Shown here in pieces: positions 17,703 through 26,186 of a stretch of 64,000 nt of DNA. The notes beneath the pieces were generated by a model. It was not told the origin of the DNA and did not search any database. It saw nothing but the letters and a program-made list of their open reading frames with translations. Each line of letters starts with the position of its first letter. The stretch's first letter is position 1. A program made the translations under genes and the position numbers. The stretch is from an archaeon (GTDB lineage Archaea; Aenigmatarchaeota; Aenigmatarchaeia; GW2011-AR5), in NCBI GenBank assembly GCA_028279825.1, contig JANQNA010000006.1:2771-66770 (forward strand), read 5' to 3'.

Positions 17703-19376
17703 TTGCGAAAGGAAAAGAAACCGGGACTGAGAGGAGCTCTTTACAGAAAGCTTCACAACGAAAAGCCTATTCCTGTGCCCAAAACACGGGCAGGAAAGGT
17801 GCTTCAGATTATGAAGCAGAATACCGGAAGAAAGTTCTACATGTCCCAGTCAAAGTCCCTGGTTACTTTGCCCCCGTCGAGTGAAGTAAAATTCAGGAAT
17901 GTCATGTACGCTCTTATGAGGCCTTACTCCTACGCGAACATAAGATTTGACGAAAAGGACGGAACACTGGTCTATAATGTGATGGAGCCAAAGCTTGATG
18001 AAAGAGAGCAGTATGTATTGAAGAAATTACACGAAGGAATGATACAGATAATAGATGTCAGCCTGGAGGACATCAAAGAAAGCGACACTATGCTGGTGTT
18101 TCTGGAAAAGAGCATAGGAAGACTGATTGACGAGTATGATTTCAAGCTATCCGAAAAGGAATACGTAAAGGTTATGTATTACATATTCAGGGATTTTGTC
18201 GGACTGAACAAGATAGAAGCTCTTTTGAGTGATCCGTACATAGAAGATATCGGCTGTGACGGGCTTAACGTGCCTGTGTATATTGTCCACCAGAAATTCG
18301 GCTCTATGAAGACCAACATAATCTATAAAGAAGTCAAAGAGCTCAGGGATTTTGTAACTAAACTTGCCGAGAGATGCGACAGGTATATTTCTTACGCAGA
18401 ACCACTGCTGGATGGTTCACTTCACGACGGGACCAGAGTACAGGCTTCACTTGCAAGTGATGTCACAACACACGGACCAACGTTCTCAATAAGAAAGTTC
18501 CGCACGGAACCTATGTCTCCGATAGACATGATAAGACTCAATACCGCTTCACCTGAGATGCTTGCATATCTCTGGTTTCTGATAGAAAGCGGTGTTAACA
18601 TACTGATAGCCGGGGGCGTGTCTACAGGAAAAACAACTTTACTTAACGGAATATCCTTTTTCATACCGCCGGAATACAAGATCGTGTCAATAGAAGATAC
18701 AAGGGAGCTGAATCTGCCGCATGAGAACTGGATACCCGGTGTTGCGCGTATGGGCTTTACCGGCAGCGGTGTCGGCGAGGTCACCATGTATGAACTCCTG
18801 AAGGAGTCATTCAGACAAAATCCTGATTACCTTGTTGTGGGAGAAATAAGAGGTAAAGAGGCATATGTCATGTTCCAGGGCATGGCTTCCGGCCACCCTT
18901 CAATATCAACAATCCATGCAGGAGGAGTAGAGGATTTAATGAAGAGGCTGCAAACAAGGCCGATTAATCTTTCTACGGGACTAATTGAAAGTCTTGACTT
19001 GGTGCTTGTCATGGTTCATGCAAGAGAAAAAGGAAAATCATGTAGACGGGTAAAGGAGATAGTGGAAGTTGAAGGAGTGGATATATCCACAGGTGATCCC
19101 GTGACGAGTAAGTCATTTGTGTGGATACCTTCTGACGATTCGTTTGAGTACAGATCAAATTCATGGTTACTTGGAAAGGTCTCCACGCAGAGAGGAATAT
19201 CGATAAACGACATTGTAAAAGAGGTATCAAAAAGAGAGAAATATCTTCTCTGGCTTTACCAGAATAATATAACAGACATGAAAACAATCGCGAAATACAT
19301 CTCACTTTACTACAGAAATCCCGAAAGAGCAGCAAAACTACTTGCAGGTGAAAGAATAAGGGAAGATGAAATATGA
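17703..19376 (+). CDS. flaI: FlaI/ArlI-like type IV filament assembly ATPase (GspE/VirB11 superfamily)
   Basis: Walker A ILIAGGVSTGKTTLLN, Asp/His boxes and a VirB11-type C-domain are present. 557 aa, typical of FlaI. Confidence 0.85.
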   Translation: MRKEKKPGLRGALYRKLHNEKPIPVPKTRAGKVLQIMKQNTGRKFYMSQSKSLVTLPPSSEVKFRNVMYALMRPYSYANIRFDEKDGTLVYNVMEPKLDEREQYVLKKLHEGMIQIIDVSLEDIKESDTMLVFLEKSIGRLIDEYDFKLSEKEYVKVMYYIFRDFVGLNKIEALLSDPYIEDIGCDGLNVPVYIVHQKFGSMKTNIIYKEVKELRDFVTKLAERCDRYISYAEPLLDGSLHDGTRVQASLASDVTTHGPTFSIRKFRTEPMSPIDMIRLNTASPEMLAYLWFLIESGVNILIAGGVSTGKTTLLNGISFFIPPEYKIVSIEDTRELNLPHENWIPGVARMGFTGSGVGEVTMYELLKESFRQNPDYLVVGEIRGKEAYVMFQGMASGHPSISTIHAGGVEDLMKRLQTRPINLSTGLIESLDLVLVMVHAREKGKSCRRVKEIVEVEGVDISTGDPVTSKSFVWIPSDDSFEYRSNSWLLGKVSTQRGISINDIVKEVSKREKYLLWLYQNNITDMKTIAKYISLYYRNPERAAKLLAGERIREDEI

Positions 19377-20035
19377 AGAAGATTCCATCAGGCATACACG
19401 GTCTCGACAAAATACTCGGCGGCGGGATACCTGATCGCGGTGTCATGCTCTTGAGCGGCAACTGCGGCGCAGGGAAAACTATTTTCAGCCTGCAATTTTT
19501 GATGTCGGATGACCCTGGCGTATACGTGAGCTTTGAGGAGGAACTTGATGAGATAAGGGAAACCTCAAAACTATACGGATGGGACCTGGAGAAACTGGAA
19601 AAAGAAAACAAGATAAGAATGCTTAAATACGATCCTTTCAGACTGGAGGATATCCTGGAAGTTGTGGAAAATAACATAAGGGAAATAAAGGCCAAGCGTG
19701 TTGTATTTGATTCTGTCGCTGCTTTGGGGGTTCACATGAAGGAGCCATCAGAACTGAGAAGAATGATTCTTCAGATAAACAACATAATGAAAAAGAACAA
19801 GTGTACCACTATTATTGTTTCGGAGATACTTCCCGGAAGCAAGGCCCTTTCAAGATTTGGCGTTGAGGAGTTTGTGTCGGATGGTGTTATTGTTCTTGAG
19901 AATGTCGAAAAAAGAGGAGAATTCAAGCGGGCGCTGGCTGTACGCAAGCTTCGCGGGGTGAATCATTCAAGGGCTATACACACTTATAACATATCCAACA
20001 AGGGCATCAGCGTAAGCCAGTCTACGTTCAGATAA
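19373..20035 (+). CDS. flaH: FlaH/ArlH-like KaiC/RecA-family ATP-binding protein
   Basis: IHGLDKILGGGIPDRGVMLLSGNCGAGKTIFSLQF carries the KaiC-like Walker A. 220 aa. Coupled to flaI by an ATGA overlap. Confidence 0.7.
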   Translation: MKKIPSGIHGLDKILGGGIPDRGVMLLSGNCGAGKTIFSLQFLMSDDPGVYVSFEEELDEIRETSKLYGWDLEKLEKENKIRMLKYDPFRLEDILEVVENNIREIKAKRVVFDSVAALGVHMKEPSELRRMILQINNIMKKNKCTTIIVSEILPGSKALSRFGVEEFVSDGVIVLENVEKRGEFKRALAVRKLRGVNHSRAIHTYNISNKGISVSQSTFR

Positions 20036-20046
20036 GAGTTGTTCTT

Positions 20047-20913
20047 ATGTACAAGGACTTAATAAAAGTTTTAGGAAATTTTGGTACGCGACGTTTTGCT
20101 AGTAACCTGGCTCCTTTGAAAGAGGAAATAACCAAGTCCAACCTGAGTATACTGTTTGAGATGTACGTTGGCCGCATGATACTTCTTTCTATCGTTGCTT
20201 TCTTTGTCACTATGGGCTTCATATTTTCTATGTTTCTATTCCTGGGGGGCGGTTTTCTTCTGGCACTGATGGCAGGTCTTATCACCGGTGTTGCGGCATC
20301 TTTTGGCATACTTACTGTTTATCATTCCTATCCGTTCCAGCTTCTGACCTCAAAGAAAAAAAGTATTGAGGCGAATCTGCCTTTCGCCATAAATCATATG
20401 GGAGCAATAGCCGCCAGCGGTGTCCCGCCTTTTGTTACATTCAAACTTATGTCCGGTATACCCGAATACGGGGAAATAGCCAATGAATCCAAGCGTATTG
20501 TGAGGAATGTTGATACGTTTGGTATGGACGTTGTTTCTGCAATGAGGAACGTGGCAGACAGATCTCCGTCACAGGATTTCAGGAGACTGATATACGGTGT
20601 TGTGTCTACCATAGAGACAGGTGGAGATCTGAAAATTTATTTAGAGAACGCGGCGAAAGAAGCACTCTTTGAGTACAGACTAAAGAGAGAAAAGTACATG
20701 CAGACTTTGTCCACATATGCAGACTTTTATACGGCCGTGCTTATAGCCGCCCCGCTGTTCTTTGTGTCCGTACTCTCAGTCATGTCCCTGGTCGGCGGAG
20801 AGGTATTCGGACTAAGTATTCCGGTTGCAATGAGATTAGGCGTATACGCCATGATACCTCTCATGAATACAATGTTTCTGATGTTCATCCACTTTACCCA
20901 GCCAACGGTGTAA
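20047..20913 (+). CDS. FlaJ/TadC-like membrane platform protein (first T2SSF-domain half)
   Basis: Polytopic membrane protein. The cytoplasmic domain carries the T2SSF-like motif LPFAINHMGAIAASGVPPFVTF. Confidence 0.65.
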   Translation: MYKDLIKVLGNFGTRRFASNLAPLKEEITKSNLSILFEMYVGRMILLSIVAFFVTMGFIFSMFLFLGGGFLLALMAGLITGVAASFGILTVYHSYPFQLLTSKKKSIEANLPFAINHMGAIAASGVPPFVTFKLMSGIPEYGEIANESKRIVRNVDTFGMDVVSAMRNVADRSPSQDFRRLIYGVVSTIETGGDLKIYLENAAKEALFEYRLKREKYMQTLSTYADFYTAVLIAAPLFFVSVLSVMSLVGGEVFGLSIPVAMRLGVYAMIPLMNTMFLMFIHFTQPTV

Positions 20914-20916
20914 TAA

Positions 20917-21720
20917 ATGAAAAACGAACTTGATTTCAAACTGGCGAGCCTGATAGCTGTAATCATGGGAATGTTTTTACTCGGATTAAACTTCATGCTG
21001 TTTTCGCCTGATGACCAGATTTTCGCTATAATGAACCTCACGGTCGGTATAATAATTGTCGGCGTTCCGCTGGTAATCAAGTATACCGAATACCGGAAAA
21101 TAAGAAAGATAGAGGAGATGTTTCCGAGGTATCTTAGTGATATTGCCGAAAACATAAGTGCCGGGATGACCCTGCCCCAGGCAATGAGGTCCGTCGGCAA
21201 CATAGACTACGGTATACTTACAAAATACATAAGGGATATTTCCTCAAAGATATCCTGGGGCGTGCCTTTCGAGGAAGTTATGAAGGATTTTGCAAAGAAG
21301 ACCAAGAGTAAACTGATGAGCAGAAACGTACAGACCATAATTGAAACACACAGATCCGGCGGATCTATGGATACGGTTCTCAGGTCAGTGGCACAGTCAT
21401 TAGTGGAACTGGAAAAAATCAAAAAAGAGCGTTCCGCTTCCGTATACTCCCAAATGATTAACGGTTATGTAATATATGTCGTGTTTCTTGGTGTTATGGT
21501 CGGGCTTTCGGCTATTCTTGTCCCGGCTTTCCAGCTTGAAGAAGCGACTGATGGTTTACAGGAGGCTTTTGCCGAGATATTTGCAGCTTTGATTATCATA
21601 CAAGGTTTCTTTGCGGGTATGTCCATTGGTAAGATGTCCGAGGGTACTTTCATTGCAGGCGTCAAGCACGCTATGGTTTTGGTCATAGTTGGTTACACGG
21701 TCTTTGTTTTGTTTGGCTGA
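20917..21720 (+). CDS. FlaJ/TadB-like membrane platform protein (second T2SSF-domain half)
   Basis: The T2SSF-like motif AENISAGMTLPQAMRSVGN is flanked by TM helices. It starts 4 nt after the previous ORF, so the two together equal one FlaJ. Confidence 0.65.
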   Translation: MKNELDFKLASLIAVIMGMFLLGLNFMLFSPDDQIFAIMNLTVGIIIVGVPLVIKYTEYRKIRKIEEMFPRYLSDIAENISAGMTLPQAMRSVGNIDYGILTKYIRDISSKISWGVPFEEVMKDFAKKTKSKLMSRNVQTIIETHRSGGSMDTVLRSVAQSLVELEKIKKERSASVYSQMINGYVIYVVFLGVMVGLSAILVPAFQLEEATDGLQEAFAEIFAALIIIQGFFAGMSIGKMSEGTFIAGVKHAMVLVIVGYTVFVLFG

Positions 21721-21726
21721 CCGACA

Positions 21727-21770
21727 TTTTTCTTGAAAGAAAAATCTAGGTATCCCAAAAAGAACTATTA
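21727..21770. promoter_or_regulatory. Conserved 44-bp intergenic motif, copy 1: T-tract plus imperfect palindrome, then CTAGGTATCCCAAAAAGAAC
   Basis: tttttcttgaaagaaaaatctaggtatcccaaaaagaactatta is nearly identical to 52954-52999. It lies between the FlaJ-like stop and the next gene. Confidence 0.5.
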
Positions 21771-21790
21771 GTAACTTATATATACCGCCT

Positions 21791-21829
21791 AATGATAATC
21801 ATTAATAGTAATCATCAATGATTATCATT
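21791..21829. promoter_or_regulatory. Inverted repeat AATGATAATCATT-N13-AATGATTATCATT immediately upstream of the 21844 start (candidate operator)
   Basis: The two 13-bp arms are exact reverse complements. Each arm is itself nearly palindromic. The site ends 15 bp before the ATG. Confidence 0.45.
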
Positions 21830-21843
21830 GAACTGGTAGTAAC

Positions 21844-22737
21844 ATGGATACAAGGAAAAGGCTGTTTAGCATATTGGAGAAGTCGCCATTCGGACTTACT
21901 TCCGGCGAAATATCCAGAAGGGCAAGAGTAACAGAGACTACTGTAAAGCATTTTCTGGAGAAAAATTCCGACAAGATAGTCAAAACAAAAGCAGGCAAAA
22001 CCTATTTTTACAGAAGCATAAAGGTTGTGATGTTTTTTCTAATACTTCTGATACCTGTTAGTGCCATGTCCAGCGGTACTTACGTGCTGGAAGCAAGAGT
22101 CATGGATAACGGCGGCGGCGAGACAAACAGCAGCAATTATACTTTACAGGCGAGTATAGGACAGATATCCGGTTTGAGAGACGGTGATTTCGAGTTTTGT
22201 GCAGGATTCCTTTGCAGTTTCTATGAGATTATTGTACACGGACGGGTGACTTTTCTCCTGGAGTTTAACGTGAGCGGAAATGCAAATGACGAAGTATATG
22301 CAGGTGTAAGCCAGGTGCTTGGCCAATACACTCCGGGTGGCGTGCAGGGATACTATGCATGTTTAGAGGACCCAACACTCCAGGACACACCTACGTACGG
22401 TATTGCACATTCAGGTACGGCCCTGAAATACGTGAACATATCCTTCTACGATTCCTACTCTATGAGAGTATCCCAGGAAATACCTGGCAACAGGTTCATT
22501 ATACCAGTTACATCCGGCGGATGCGGTGTTGTATCGCAAAAAATGCCCCAGATTTCTGAGTACGGTATACTGCTGCAACCGTTCCTGCTGTCGGGCCGGT
22601 TTATCAATGCAGTAGAACTCATGCTTGACTATCCTGCATTTGATCTTACTGGACAGTTTGACAAGAGCGGCGCGTTTACTCTTGTTGTTGAGAAGAACGC
22701 CACGGATGAAGATAACATAATAGTGAGGCCAGTCTGA
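21844..22737 (+). CDS. Membrane-tethered winged-helix protein: N-terminal cytoplasmic wHTH, one TM helix, about 220-aa extracytoplasmic domain
   Basis: MDTRKRLFSILEKSPFGLTSGEISRRARVTETTVKHFLEK is TrmB/MarR-like wHTH. It is followed by the TM segment VVMFFLILLIPVSAM and then a Ser/Gly/Tyr-rich domain. Confidence 0.4.
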   Translation: MDTRKRLFSILEKSPFGLTSGEISRRARVTETTVKHFLEKNSDKIVKTKAGKTYFYRSIKVVMFFLILLIPVSAMSSGTYVLEARVMDNGGGETNSSNYTLQASIGQISGLRDGDFEFCAGFLCSFYEIIVHGRVTFLLEFNVSGNANDEVYAGVSQVLGQYTPGGVQGYYACLEDPTLQDTPTYGIAHSGTALKYVNISFYDSYSMRVSQEIPGNRFIIPVTSGGCGVVSQKMPQISEYGILLQPFLLSGRFINAVELMLDYPAFDLTGQFDKSGAFTLVVEKNATDEDNIIVRPV

Positions 22738-23468
22738 TGAAAGGAGAACTAATAAGCACGGTTATTGTTGTTGTGATTGTCATAGGATCAGCTATACTTG
22801 CAATGAACATAATCAATCCGCTGTTGAGAGAGGGACGGGAAACACAATCGTTCAACGAGGCGAAGAAGACCCTGGAAACTATAGATGCGGCTGTGAGCCA
22901 GGTATTCTTTGAGGCGCCGGGCGCCAGACGCAGTATTGATGTTGACGTAAGAGAAGGAAAGGTTATAGTTTCCGGCGGCGAAAACAGGATAAAGATAAGG
23001 CTTGATGATGTTGACTTGTTTGCACCGGGCCTGAGGAAAAAAGAAGGTAACATCCTGGTTACAAGCGGGGCGCAGCTTAATTCTTACGAAGGTGACGTGG
23101 ACAGTGACAGTAACATTGATCTTATACTTGAGAATGATTATGTTCTGTTTGCTGTCAGGAAGCTGGGCAACAAAACGAATCACGTTGTAGTCAATACAAG
23201 CGACATAATCTCTTTGATACGCAACAAGAGAACAAGCACGGACGTGCCGTACCCAAGGAGCGGGATTTTCATAAACGACACTTACGAGACTTCATACGGG
23301 ATTGGTTACACAGAATTGACACAGACAAGCGGTAGTATTACAACAGCCGGGATAAAAATATACATGAACGCCACGGATGCAAACACGACTTACACAGCCT
23401 TGTTTACTCTCGGGTCTGCGCAGGATTTTGTTGATCTGGAAGTCCAGCACATAAAGGGGTTTGAATGA
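22737..23468 (+). CDS. Pilin-like / FlaF-FlaG-like protein with class III-type N-terminus
   Basis: MKGELISTVIVVVIVIGSAILAM is the KG-hydrophobic prepilin-like start. It is followed by a beta-rich domain. Overlaps the previous gene by 1 nt. Confidence 0.4.
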   Translation: MKGELISTVIVVVIVIGSAILAMNIINPLLREGRETQSFNEAKKTLETIDAAVSQVFFEAPGARRSIDVDVREGKVIVSGGENRIKIRLDDVDLFAPGLRKKEGNILVTSGAQLNSYEGDVDSDSNIDLILENDYVLFAVRKLGNKTNHVVVNTSDIISLIRNKRTSTDVPYPRSGIFINDTYETSYGIGYTELTQTSGSITTAGIKIYMNATDANTTYTALFTLGSAQDFVDLEVQHIKGFE

Positions 23469-23644
23469 TTGAAGAGAAAATAAAGAGCTGCCTGAAGAAA
23501 GGTGACAAGACAATAGAGGAAGTGTCAAAAGAACTCAAGATAAGTCGTCCTACTATATCAAAATATCTGCTGGTTCTGGAAATAAAGAAGAAGGTCAGTT
23601 ACAGGAACATAGGAAAAGCAAAGTTATTTACTCTTAAGCGTTAG
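23465..23644 (+). CDS. Small (59 aa) helix-turn-helix DNA-binding protein, not in the ORF track
   Basis: ATG at 23465 overlaps the upstream stop (ATGA). It encodes MIEEKIKSCLKKGDKTIEEVSKELKISRPTISKYLLVLEIKKKVSYRNIGKAKLFTLKR, a classic HTH (ISRPTISKYL) plus wing. Stop at 23642-23644. Confidence 0.5.
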   Translation: MIEEKIKSCLKKGDKTIEEVSKELKISRPTISKYLLVLEIKKKVSYRNIGKAKLFTLKR

Positions 23645-25804
23645 ATGTTTCAATCTTTTTTCTACTTTCCTGTGTTTTCTTTTTTCTAAAATTATAATTA
23701 TTATGAGAATTATTATGGCCGGCACGGCCACACCAAGGATGTAAGGATTAGAAATAACAACCTGGAATACTTCCCCGGCGTCTCCTAGAATGGCTCCCTG
23801 GTTGCCTGATATCGTGTCAGACACAGGTGCATTGTCTCCGGTACACACACCACAGTCAGACGAACAAGAATTGCACGTTTCCCCTATGTCACATACACCG
23901 TTGCCACAGTTTGTACCATCTAAACAAAGAGGTATGCCGGATCCACACTGGGGCTTGGAGCCATCTTCACAGGTTATCGGGTCACAGTCCATTGGACATA
24001 AACAGTAGTTTTCACCGTACTGGCATATGAAATCACCGCATGACAACTGTCCAACGAAGAAATAACCGACATTATCGAATTCTACGGAATTTCCTGCAAA
24101 ATCCTGTGCGTATATGCTTACATCAAACTGGCCAAGATCTTCTATGGTTATTGTTTTTGTCCATGCACCGTTGTTTTTTACGAGGTCATGGTATAACTTT
24201 GAGCCGGAATGGAGAAGTATTGCTCTTACAGATGCCACTCCGCTTACTGCGTCGTTAACACCGGCTGTTATCAGTGTTATGTCACCAATTGTTGAAGGAT
24301 TTGGCGGATCCACTGTCAAAGTTCCGAACGTTGGTGGTGTTGTGTCTTTGGCTACTTCTTTGGAAACTGTAAAACTGTTTTTTGCATGGTCACCGGCTGT
24401 TACTGTCAGATTGTATTTACCCTGGTTGAACGTGGAAAAATCATAATTAAAGGAACACATTAAAGTTATTCCCTGAGGTACACATGTCATTGTTTGAGCG
24501 TTTCCCAAAACACTTACAATCACGTTGTTTCTGTCGTGGTTTGTATCAACAATGGTTGCCTCTATTTTCTCAGTTGTGTTGACATAAGTGTCTGCGGTTA
24601 TTGTTATTGCCGGATTTGTGTTGTCAATAATGAGGTTTGCTGTATCAGATACATTGTATAAAGAACTGTCTGCCACCACTGTCAATAAGTATGATCCTTC
24701 TGATGCATCCCAAAGGTAACTGCATAATGTGAAACCTGCATTACAGTTCATTGAAACAACTAAGTGATCAGATATATTCAACGTAACGGCAGATATTGTT
24801 CCTTCTGAATTGTATATACTGGCAGTTATATTTACAGTCCCCTTTGCATAACCTTCCGGAGAAACAATCATTGACGGCTGGTTGTTCTTTACTATCACGT
24901 CAATGTTTGTCAAGTTCGCATTTGTTGCGTTGTCGTATGCAGTGAATGTTATTGTATGGTTTCCGTCATTAAGCGTGGAGGTATCAATAGTGAACGTGCA
25001 AACACCATCAGTACAGTCCATCTCTTCTGTTTCACCAAGCGTATAAGTTGCACTGACAAAACCGGAATACGGATCTGTTACGGTAATATTCAGGATATAT
25101 AAGCCGGAGATTATTTCACTGTCTGTTGGTTTTGTGACGGTTATATGCGGGCCTTCATTATCCACAATCACGCTTGTATTCTGCTCGCCCAGATTGCTTG
25201 CATTGTCAACTGCTCTTATGGATATTATCACAGTTTCATTATCAGAATAAACAGTTGTATCAATTGGCTGTATGGAAGACCATACACCTCCGTTTACAGA
25301 TTGTTCTAATGTGGATTCATTGAAACCGGATACTGCGTCTGTTACTGTAACTTCCGGTGTTACGGAACCTGATACATATGACCCATTCAACGGACTGTCT
25401 ACAACTATCTGGGGTGCAGTTCTGTCTACCGTAAACACAATTGGACTGGATGGACTTCCCAGGGAACCTTCACCGGATGAATCATTGGCTGTGAAGTAGA
25501 AAAACTCTACAGTGTCTGTACCGGCTATGGAAAATGACACACCTCTACTGCAATTCCAGTTGGGATCACCAGAACAGCTCATAGAGTAGCTGTCCCACGG
25601 TTCGGAATGCTGGTAAGCGTCTTCTGATATCACAAATAACGTGACAGTGCTTGTTATCAGATCGGGACTTGTTATGTTCACGGAAAAGTTTACTATTCCC
25701 CTTCCCGTGTAGCCTCCGTCCTTCGGATAAGCGTCGAAAAGCGTAGGAACCGCGTAGCTGACACCTGAAAACATTACTATCAGCAGTAAAACTGCGTACT
25801 TCAT
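23624..25804 (-). CDS. Secreted surface protein with tandem Ig-like domains, a Cys-rich module and a C-terminal TM anchor followed by a basic tail
   Basis: Sec signal MKYAVLLLIVMFSGVSYA. At least 5 repeats of about 90 aa (TAPQIVVDSPLNGSYVSG..., EGPHITVTKPTDSE..., TNPAITITADT...). The Cys-rich segment has about 22 Cys in 75 aa. The C-terminus is ...NPYILGVAVPAIIILIIIIILEKRKHRKVEKRLK. Confidence 0.6.
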   Translation of the reverse strand: MKYAVLLLIVMFSGVSYAVPTLFDAYPKDGGYTGRGIVNFSVNITSPDLITSTVTLFVISEDAYQHSEPWDSYSMSCSGDPNWNCSRGVSFSIAGTDTVEFFYFTANDSSGEGSLGSPSSPIVFTVDRTAPQIVVDSPLNGSYVSGSVTPEVTVTDAVSGFNESTLEQSVNGGVWSSIQPIDTTVYSDNETVIISIRAVDNASNLGEQNTSVIVDNEGPHITVTKPTDSEIISGLYILNITVTDPYSGFVSATYTLGETEEMDCTDGVCTFTIDTSTLNDGNHTITFTAYDNATNANLTNIDVIVKNNQPSMIVSPEGYAKGTVNITASIYNSEGTISAVTLNISDHLVVSMNCNAGFTLCSYLWDASEGSYLLTVVADSSLYNVSDTANLIIDNTNPAITITADTYVNTTEKIEATIVDTNHDRNNVIVSVLGNAQTMTCVPQGITLMCSFNYDFSTFNQGKYNLTVTAGDHAKNSFTVSKEVAKDTTPPTFGTLTVDPPNPSTIGDITLITAGVNDAVSGVASVRAILLHSGSKLYHDLVKNNGAWTKTITIEDLGQFDVSIYAQDFAGNSVEFDNVGYFFVGQLSCGDFICQYGENYCLCPMDCDPITCEDGSKPQCGSGIPLCLDGTNCGNGVCDIGETCNSCSSDCGVCTGDNAPVSDTISGNQGAILGDAGEVFQVVISNPYILGVAVPAIIILIIIIILEKRKHRKVEKRLKHLTLKSK

Positions 25805-25915
25805 GAGTGAAATATCCTCAAAGCGGAATAAATAGATTCATATCCGAAAATTTTCATTTTTGTATTTTTTAACCTACTTTTTGGCCAAGATGCCGGATTT
25901 TTTTTGTGTTCCATG

Positions 25916-25972
25916 ATTAACGATTAACTTTAATGAATAAATTTATCAGGTAATATTAACGATTAACTTTAA
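25916..25972. promoter_or_regulatory. Direct repeat pair ATTAACGATTAACTTTAA (x2, 39 bp centre-to-centre) in the divergent intergenic region
   Basis: Exact 18-bp copies at 25916-25933 and 25955-25972. They lie between the 726-aa gene on the minus strand and the small 26001 ORF. Confidence 0.45.
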
Positions 25973-26000
25973 ATAGTGGGCTTCGACAAATTGAATCTAG

Positions 26001-26186
26001 ATGTCATTGAAAGAGAGAGTTTTATCTGCTATAGGCAAGGAGGCCACGCCTATCTACGTTGTGGCTAAAAAAGCCGGTACTTGCGTCACTACGACGTCAA
26101 AATACTGTTATATTCTTCAGGCTGAACACAAAATTGTCATGACCAGTTTTGGTAATATGAAGTTAGTCAGGAGGAAGGGCAAATGA
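26001..26186 (+). CDS. Small (61 aa) putative winged-helix protein translationally coupled to the giant gene
   Basis: MSLKERVLSAIGKEATPIYVVAKKAGTCVTTTSKYCYIL...MKLVRRKGK. Its size and layout resemble the 59-aa HTH at 23465. Its stop overlaps the start of the 3614-aa gene. Confidence 0.35.
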   Translation: MSLKERVLSAIGKEATPIYVVAKKAGTCVTTTSKYCYILQAEHKIVMTSFGNMKLVRRKGK

